Below, piece after piece: positions 57,683-64,000 of a stretch of 64,000 nucleotides of DNA. Source of the DNA: Candidatus Latescibacterota bacterium (GTDB lineage Bacteria; Latescibacterota; UBA2968; UBA8231); NCBI GenBank assembly GCA_965208105.1, contig OZ242318.1:4672001-4736000 (forward strand), in the 5' to 3' direction. The notes under the pieces were generated by a model, which ran no database searches, was not told the origin of the DNA, and saw only the letters and a list, made by a program, of their open reading frames with translations. The position numbers were made by a program, and so were the translations under genes. The stretch's first letter is position 1, and each line of letters opens with the position of its first letter.

Positions 57683-58978
57683 ATGGAACCTGTCGGCGTG
57701 TGGTTGCCGTTCGGGCGCTCGGGCCTGAACGCCGAGATCATGCCTCCCAATTTCCTGGGAGTTTTCGAGCCGCGCGAGGTCGGCACCTCCACTGACGAGG
57801 CCGAACTTCTTCGCAAAGCTCTGGCGCGGCCTGTTGGATCATCGCCATTGTCCGAGTTGGCCCGGAAGGGGAAGAGGGCTGTCGTTGTCACCAGCGATTT
57901 AACGCGTCCTTGTCCTTCCCGGCGGATGTTGCCTGCAATCGTGAATGAACTTGGGGCGGGAGGTATCGCCGACGCCGATATAACCGTTGTCATCGCCCTG
58001 GGGCTGCACCGAGCCATGACGGCGGCCGAGCTCAGGGAGGAGGTAGGCTCCGAGATCTACGACCGCGTGCGAGTGATCAACCACGACCCGGATGATACGG
58101 TCCATCTCGGGTTTACATCCGCAGGCACCCCTGTGGAGATCTTCCGCCCGGTTGTCGAGGCCGACTTGCGGGTCTGTCTGGGGAATATTGAATTCCACTA
58201 TTTTGCCGGCTTTTCAGGCGGTGCCAAGGCGGTGCTTCCCGGCTGTTCCTCTCGAGCGACGGTGACCGCCAACCACGCATTGATGGTGCGGCCTGAGGCT
58301 GTAGCGGGACGGCTGGATGACAATCCGCTACGGGTCGATATCGAGGAAGGGGTGGCAATGTTGGGAGTGGACTTCATCCTCAATGTCGTGGTGGATGGCA
58401 GCCACAAAATCGTCTCCGCCGTGGCTGGCGATGTGCGGGAAGCGCATCGGTCCGGCTGCGAAATAGTGACCGGGTGCGGTTCGGTACTGATTCCCCAGCT
58501 CGCCGATATCGTCCTGGTGGGTGCGGGTGGCCATCCAGGCGATGTGAATCTCTACCAGGCGCAAAAGGCACTGGAGAACGCCGCCTGCGCCGTCAGGGAT
58601 GGAGGTATCATAATCTGGGCGGCGGAGTGCAGCGAGGGCTTGGGCAACCAGACCTTTGAGACCTGGCTGCGGCAGGCGTCTTCCCCAGAAGAAATTCTGG
58701 ACCGCATCCAGGGCGAGTTCGTGCTGGGAGGGCACAAAGCTGCGGCTGTCGCCACCGTGCTGCAACGGGCAAGGATCTTTCTGGTCTCCTCGTTGCCGGC
58801 TGAGTTGGTGGATAAAATTGGCCTGGTCGTATTCAGGGACCTGGAGGAGGCGCTGGAGAAGGGATTTTCGGAACTGGGTGAGGAAGCCAAGGTGATGGTT
58901 TTACCTCGCGGTGGTTCTGTCTTTCCAATGCTGCACCATCAGGGCAAGGGCCAAATGGAACCCATCTCGGGGAGCTGA
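57683..58978 (+). CDS. LarA-family nickel-pincer-dependent racemase/epimerase
   Basis: SDLTRP, ALGLHR, NHD, HYFAGFSGGAK, NH, NLYQAQK, AECSEG. Confidence 0.88.
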   Translation: MEPVGVWLPFGRSGLNAEIMPPNFLGVFEPREVGTSTDEAELLRKALARPVGSSPLSELARKGKRAVVVTSDLTRPCPSRRMLPAIVNELGAGGIADADITVVIALGLHRAMTAAELREEVGSEIYDRVRVINHDPDDTVHLGFTSAGTPVEIFRPVVEADLRVCLGNIEFHYFAGFSGGAKAVLPGCSSRATVTANHALMVRPEAVAGRLDDNPLRVDIEEGVAMLGVDFILNVVVDGSHKIVSAVAGDVREAHRSGCEIVTGCGSVLIPQLADIVLVGAGGHPGDVNLYQAQKALENAACAVRDGGIIIWAAECSEGLGNQTFETWLRQASSPEEILDRIQGEFVLGGHKAAAVATVLQRARIFLVSSLPAELVDKIGLVVFRDLEEALEKGFSELGEEAKVMVLPRGGSVFPMLHHQGKGQMEPISGS

Positions 58979-59158
58979 GTTCAGGTCTTCCTGCTTGCAT
59001 GTGATTGAATTGGTTCATGGAGGAGGATTTCCCCATTCTCAAGCTTCATCGGTCGCTGCGGCCCTGGACCGTCTCTCAAGGCGGCTGAAGTTTCGTACTC
59101 TGATCCGCATCGAGGGGCAACCTGGTGGGGTATTTTTCTTCCAGAAGAGTCCCGGGCC

Positions 59159-60277
59159 CTAAACATTTGCTCTGGAATCCTCATCTCCTCGAAACAGGTC
59201 AAGCTGCTTTGATTTTTCCCTGTCGAATCCTGCTATTCCGATCCCGAGGAGGCGCACGCCGCGGCCAAATGCTTCGGTGCGGGCGAGTAGCTCGAGGGCA
59301 AGCTTGAGAATGGGTGCGGTCTGGTCTATGTAGATGACCAGGGACTGTGAGCGGGTCACGGTCTGGAAGTCGGGGTAGCGCGCCTTCAGGGTTACGACCC
59401 GTCCCTTGAGATTGCGGCGCTGGAGGCGATGGCTCAACTCGGTGGCCAGTTCATCCAGGACCTGGCGCATTTTACCGGGATCGTGGATATCGGCTGGAAA
59501 AGTGGTCTCCTGGCTTATTTGCTTGGGCTCATGGGTGGGAGAAACGGGGTCGTCGTCTTCTCCCCTGGCCAGGCGCCACAACTGGGCACCCCGCCTTCCG
59601 AAGATTTGTGAGAGATTTTCTACAGGGGACTCGGCCAGTTCTCCAACGGTGTGGATCCGCAGTGCTTCGAGCTTGGCCTGGTTGACCTTGCCCACACCGG
59701 GAATTCTGGATACGGGAAGGTCGCGCAAAAACTCCCTTGTCTGATCGGGCATCACCACCACGAATCCATCGGGCTTGTCGAGATCGGATGCGATCTTGGC
59801 CAGTGTCTTGTTGGGTGCAACACCGACCGAGGCAGTCAATTGAAGCTGCCGGTGGATATCTGCCTTGATCATCCTGGCTACCCGCGATCCAAAGGGAATA
59901 CCCGGCTTGTTCGAGGTCACGTCCAGGTATGCCTCGTCCAGGGCCATGGGTTCGATAAGGTCGGTGTATTTCCGGAATTTGGCGTGGATTCGGGAAGAGG
60001 CTTGGTGATATTTGCCGAAGTCAAGAGAAACCCGGACGAGGTTGGGGCATAGGCGCAGGGCGGTTCTCATGGGCATTGCCGAATGAATACCGAAGCGCCG
60101 CGCTTCGTAGGAGGCGGCAGCGACCACGCCTCTCCCCTCGGGATTGCCGCCGACCACCAGGGGTTTGCCGCACAGGGCAGGATCGTCGCGCTGCTCGACC
60201 GAGGCATAGAAGGCGTCCATGTCGACGTGGATGATTTTGCGGCAGCCCACCGACACCCGCGGAGGTGGCTGTTTCAC
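59159..60277 (-). CDS. dinB: DNA polymerase IV
   Basis: GTG overlapping the ygfZ stop; IIHVDMDAFYASVEQRD, ASYEARRFG, LDEAYLD, KPDG, QLDLF clamp motif. Confidence 0.93.
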   Translation of the reverse strand: MKQPPPRVSVGCRKIIHVDMDAFYASVEQRDDPALCGKPLVVGGNPEGRGVVAAASYEARRFGIHSAMPMRTALRLCPNLVRVSLDFGKYHQASSRIHAKFRKYTDLIEPMALDEAYLDVTSNKPGIPFGSRVARMIKADIHRQLQLTASVGVAPNKTLAKIASDLDKPDGFVVVMPDQTREFLRDLPVSRIPGVGKVNQAKLEALRIHTVGELAESPVENLSQIFGRRGAQLWRLARGEDDDPVSPTHEPKQISQETTFPADIHDPGKMRQVLDELATELSHRLQRRNLKGRVVTLKARYPDFQTVTRSQSLVIYIDQTAPILKLALELLARTEAFGRGVRLLGIGIAGFDREKSKQLDLFRGDEDSRANV

Positions 60278-61335
60278 GGCGATCTTGGGAAGGGCAGGGC
60301 AGTCACCTCCGCCTTCTGGACACATCCGTCGAAATCATACTCGACCTCGGTTCCCGGTGAACAGTAAGCTCGTCGGACATAGGCCAGGGCGATATTGTTT
60401 TTCAGGTGAGGAGAATACACCGCTGAGGTAATCTTCCCGGCGGCGCGACGCCCGGAGCGAATGGGGGTGGGGGATGCCGGGGTTCGCCCCGGCGGCAGCC
60501 TCAGGCCCATCAAGTGTTGCCTGACCTTGTCATAGGTGTTGAGGCGGGCTATCACCTCCTGCCCGATGTAGCAGCCCTTGTCCGGGTGGATCGCGTGCCC
60601 CAGATTCGCTTCCCAGGGATTGTACTCCTCCGTAAGTTCGCGGTCCAGGACCGGCTGGCCGGCCTCGATGCGCAGGATCTCCCAGCCGTCCTCGCCAATG
60701 GGAAGGGCACCCCCGGCCTGCAGTTCTTCCCACACACATCGGATTTTCTCTGGTGATCCCGCGATGCGGAAGCCCCGATGGCCGCAAAAGTCCAGGGGCG
60801 CCAGCCAAAGTCCCTTTGAGGCAGGGTCACTCGACAAGTGGTGAACTGCTTCAACTCCATTCTGTCCGAGGGCGGCGCCTAGAGCGGCCGCCCGAGGTCC
60901 CATCAGTTCGATCATGGAGGTGCTGGCGGTGATGTCTTCGAAGAAGATTTTTTCGGCGAATATATAGCGGTCGAGCCAGGCCGGTATTTTCTTTCTGCCC
61001 TTAGGACTGAGGACAGACAAGGTGGAGTCATTGCTGCGGTAGAAGGCACCCACGTCGAGGATTCGGGCACGGCCTTCCACGAACACGGCTTCAAATCCAG
61101 TCCCCGGCAGCAGACTGTTGAAGTCATTGGTCGTCATGCGATGCAGGAAGTCGAGATGGTCTTCTCCGGTAATGCGGAGGCGGCCCCAATGAGAGGCATC
61201 GCGCAGTACCGCAGAAGAATGCGCCGCTTCGTATTCCGCTTCAGGGTCGCCGTAATGGCGCGGGATTTCCCAGTCGCCGAAGGTCGAAAACTCAGCGCCT
61301 TTTTCTTGGGTGAGATGGAATAGGGTTGTCCTCAT
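60274..61335 (-). CDS. Folate-binding YgfZ/GcvT-family protein
   Basis: GcvT-like N-terminus; RIEAG, KGCYIGQEVIAR YgfZ signature. Confidence 0.88.
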   Translation of the reverse strand: MRTTLFHLTQEKGAEFSTFGDWEIPRHYGDPEAEYEAAHSSAVLRDASHWGRLRITGEDHLDFLHRMTTNDFNSLLPGTGFEAVFVEGRARILDVGAFYRSNDSTLSVLSPKGRKKIPAWLDRYIFAEKIFFEDITASTSMIELMGPRAAALGAALGQNGVEAVHHLSSDPASKGLWLAPLDFCGHRGFRIAGSPEKIRCVWEELQAGGALPIGEDGWEILRIEAGQPVLDRELTEEYNPWEANLGHAIHPDKGCYIGQEVIARLNTYDKVRQHLMGLRLPPGRTPASPTPIRSGRRAAGKITSAVYSPHLKNNIALAYVRRAYCSPGTEVEYDFDGCVQKAEVTALPFPRSP

Positions 61336-61338
61336 GAT

Positions 61339-62712
61339 TCAGCGGATGTGACGATCCGGTTGTCCTCGACATTGTCTCACCTGCTCCAGGGCATCGACGA
61401 GACTTTTCTCGATCAGGTCGCACATTTCATCGATGTCTCCTTTTTCCGCGATCAGGGCAGGGCCCACCGCAAACCAGGTGGGGTCGACGCGGATGATCAG
61501 TCCGTTTTTCAGCGCAGTGCGCTTCAGGGCCATTCCAAGTTCCGGGAATGGTTCCATGCTCCGGGTGTCGCGTACAAGCTCCACCCCCCGGAACAAGCCC
61601 CTGCCCCGAACTTCGCGGATTACGCCGTAGCGCTTGAGACCTTCGAGCCTGGCCGCAAGATAGTTCCCCAGTTCCCCGGCCTTGCGGTCCAGCCCCTTCT
61701 CCACGATTTCATCGATCACGGCCATTCCCACCGCACATCCGAGCGGGTTGTTGGCAAAGGTATGGCCGTGGGAAAAATTGGTTTCGTCCTCCGCTGGGCC
61801 CAGGAAAACCTCGCCCATTTCCTCGCGGGCGATCATTGCGGCCAGGGGGATGGCGCCGCTGGACATGCCCTTGCCGCAGCAGATGACGTCCGGCGCTACG
61901 CCGAAGGTTTGGGCGGCGAACATCGAACCGGTGCGGCCGAAGCCGGTAATGATCTCATCGTAGATCAGGACCACGTTGTGTCGGTCGCAAATCGCGCGGA
62001 TAATCCGGAAGTACTCCTCGGTTGGGGTGATGACTCCACCGGTATTGCTGATGGGCTCGAGGACGACCCCCGCCACCGTCTCCGGATCTTCGTTGACGAT
62101 CACGTCCTCGAACATCTCGGCGCAAAAGCGGTTGCACTCCTCCCAGGAGGAAAATTGGTCCCGGTAATAGGTAGGTGGAAAAACCTTCGGAAATCCTGCA
62201 ATGTGTGGTTCGAATGGAGTCTTGCGCTTTCCCGTTCCGCTGGCCGCCATGGCGCCGAAAGTGGCCCCATGGTAACCGAAATAGCGACTGATGAACTTGA
62301 ACTTTGCCGGATGACCGCTTTGCCGGTGGTACTGGCGGGTGAACTTGAGGGCGGATTCGATGGCCTCTGAGCCCCCGCTGTAGGACTTTATGAAGTTCAG
62401 ATTTTCGGGTGAAATGCTCCCCAGCTTTTCCACGAAGTCCAGGGCAATGTCAGCTATCCCGTGCATGGGAGGGGCGAGGCTCAATGTTTCCAGTTGCCTG
62501 TGCACCGCCTCCAGGACGCGAGGATGGCCGTGGCCGAGGGTCGCGACGAAGATCCCCGCGATGCCGTCGAAATAGCGCTTTCCCTCCACGTCCCAGTAGT
62601 AAAGTCCACGAGCTTTCTGCACGACGAGGGGGTTGTCGAAGAAGGCTGCGGTGGGCTGGTAGTCCAAAAAGGTGTGCTCAAGCAGCTTCTTTCGCCGTCC
62701 ATCGAGCTCCAT
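61339..62712 (-). CDS. Class III PLP aminotransferase
   Basis: GGSEAIE, YHGAT, DEIITGFGRTG, PDVICCGKG, HGHTF. Confidence 0.9.
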   Translation of the reverse strand: MELDGRRKKLLEHTFLDYQPTAAFFDNPLVVQKARGLYYWDVEGKRYFDGIAGIFVATLGHGHPRVLEAVHRQLETLSLAPPMHGIADIALDFVEKLGSISPENLNFIKSYSGGSEAIESALKFTRQYHRQSGHPAKFKFISRYFGYHGATFGAMAASGTGKRKTPFEPHIAGFPKVFPPTYYRDQFSSWEECNRFCAEMFEDVIVNEDPETVAGVVLEPISNTGGVITPTEEYFRIIRAICDRHNVVLIYDEIITGFGRTGSMFAAQTFGVAPDVICCGKGMSSGAIPLAAMIAREEMGEVFLGPAEDETNFSHGHTFANNPLGCAVGMAVIDEIVEKGLDRKAGELGNYLAARLEGLKRYGVIREVRGRGLFRGVELVRDTRSMEPFPELGMALKRTALKNGLIIRVDPTWFAVGPALIAEKGDIDEMCDLIEKSLVDALEQVRQCRGQPDRHIR

Positions 62713-62721
62713 CGCGATTTC

Positions 62722-63891
62722 CTAACAATATGCAACGGCGGTCAGGGCGTAGACCTGGGCGACGCGTACCAACTCCGCCACGGGGACGCATTCGTTGACC
62801 GTGTGGGCGCCCGTGGCCGCCGGACCATGGGTGAGAGGAGAAATTCCGGCAGCGGCGAAGAAGAGGTTGCCGTCGTCGACGAATGGTTTGCCACCCAGAG
62901 GAAGGGTGGAGCCGGCGACCGCGCGGTGGGCGCTTTGGAAAGCCCCGACGATCGGGTCTTCGGGGTCAATCCTGAAGGCGTCACCCTGCACATGGAAGTT
63001 TGCCCGGATTCGAGTCCGTGTGCTGCGCTCCAGCTCATCCAGAACCTGCTGGAATCCGACTGCAACAGCTGCTTGCGTTCCGGGCTCGACCCAGCGCCGC
63101 GTTCCCTTCAGGGTGCAGGTCGTCGGCGCCTGGTTGTAGATCTCCCCGGCGTTAATGCTTCCGACGAAGATTGAATCGCTCCCGCTGTGGGGCAAGGTAG
63201 TGTTCTCGAGTCGCCGGCGCTGTTCTTGAAACCTGCAGACCAGCTCCGCCCCGGCGGCCAGGACATCGGGGAGGCCCGCGGGTCGCAGAACCTCGTGAAC
63301 CGGGTCGCCATCGCGGCTGATCTCGATTTCGAAGATGCCCATGCCCCGGCCGGCAATGGGAAGGTGATCGGCCAGGTATTCGGGAAGGAGGACGGCATCG
63401 CCTTTATAACCTGAGGCGATGAGGGCGCTGAGCTGGCGCCGGTCGCCCCAGGGGCCTTCGTGGTGGTCGTGGGCCGTGAGCAGTATGCCTCCCCGGGGAA
63501 GGCTCCTGGTATCGCGCAGAACCCGCAAGGCTTCTACGAAAGCGGCGATACCGCCTTTCATATCGGCTGCGCCGGAGCCGAAAAGACAACCGTTTTGGCG
63601 CTTTGGCGGGACGAAGGGAAGGTGAACGGTGTCGAGATGGCCGTCGAACTGCAGAACCCTCCCGGATTTGTCCGCCTCGAAGCGGACGACTACGGCAGGC
63701 GACGCAGGCCAGTCGGCCTCGGGCCGTTCGACCTTGAAACCATCGTCGGTGAGCATCTCGGCGAGGCGGTCGGCAGCAGCGCCGGCGTTGCGCGTGGGGC
63801 TGGGAACCTCGATCAAGGCGGTGGCCGTATCCACTAAACGCTGGGCATCAACGCCTTGAATGATGGTATCAATGGGAGGAGAGGAGATCAT
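62722..63891 (-). CDS. M20-family metallohydrolase (deacylase)
   Basis: DGHLDTV, GSGAADMKGG, AHTVNE; HDHHE where DEE is usual. Confidence 0.82.
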   Translation of the reverse strand: MISSPPIDTIIQGVDAQRLVDTATALIEVPSPTRNAGAAADRLAEMLTDDGFKVERPEADWPASPAVVVRFEADKSGRVLQFDGHLDTVHLPFVPPKRQNGCLFGSGAADMKGGIAAFVEALRVLRDTRSLPRGGILLTAHDHHEGPWGDRRQLSALIASGYKGDAVLLPEYLADHLPIAGRGMGIFEIEISRDGDPVHEVLRPAGLPDVLAAGAELVCRFQEQRRRLENTTLPHSGSDSIFVGSINAGEIYNQAPTTCTLKGTRRWVEPGTQAAVAVGFQQVLDELERSTRTRIRANFHVQGDAFRIDPEDPIVGAFQSAHRAVAGSTLPLGGKPFVDDGNLFFAAAGISPLTHGPAATGAHTVNECVPVAELVRVAQVYALTAVAYC

Positions 63892-64000
63892 TGGATTTCC
63901 TTCCTGCAGGCGGGAAATTGACCCGATCGGCCCTCTGCGAGGGGAAAAGCTGGCGGCGCCGGATGATGGAAATCCAGGCGACTCCGATGGGCAGGCCGGA

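Overview
GC-rich bacterial chromosome segment. A diderm host is suggested by a GT9 heptosyltransferase, lipoproteins and a TonB_C domain; FCB-superphylum or Latescibacterota-like affinity is an inference. Most of it is housekeeping: dpp peptide ABC genes, a dprE1/E2-like pair, recD2, rpsU, rel, hisC, mpl-ldcA, nnr, carB, pyrK-pyrD, rlpA, pcm, rplC, hinT, infC, zapA, a larA-family gene, dinB and ygfZ. Two accessory loci stand out. (1) A lower-GC island at about 42.6-51.5 kb, bounded on the left by an IS256 remnant. It encodes what looks like a radical-SAM-free, carrier-protein-dependent ribosomal (lipo)peptide pathway: a Cys-free 126-aa precursor with a CLI_3235/PapA-like leader behind a sigma54-type promoter, a CAAX/Abi protease, an ABC exporter, an S8 peptidase fused to a DUF1611/TIGR04066-like domain, an ACP, and a BtrH_N-PCP-degenerate epimerase fusion. 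The precursor ORF is enclosed by a long-range 5'UTR/3'UTR duplex. (2) An operon at 11.7-20.9 kb encoding a 1585-aa pseudo-M28/MacB-FtsX membrane protein, an OPT-like transporter with an inserted, apparently circularly permuted Ig/FN3 domain, an internally duplicated hypothetical protein and a stand-alone PqqD/RRE. Also notable: an orphan monocistronic rplC, infC with an AUC start, and tandem NrdR-like boxes over the zapA promoter. No rRNA, tRNA or CRISPR array was recognised. All family calls come from motif recognition by eye, not database searches.
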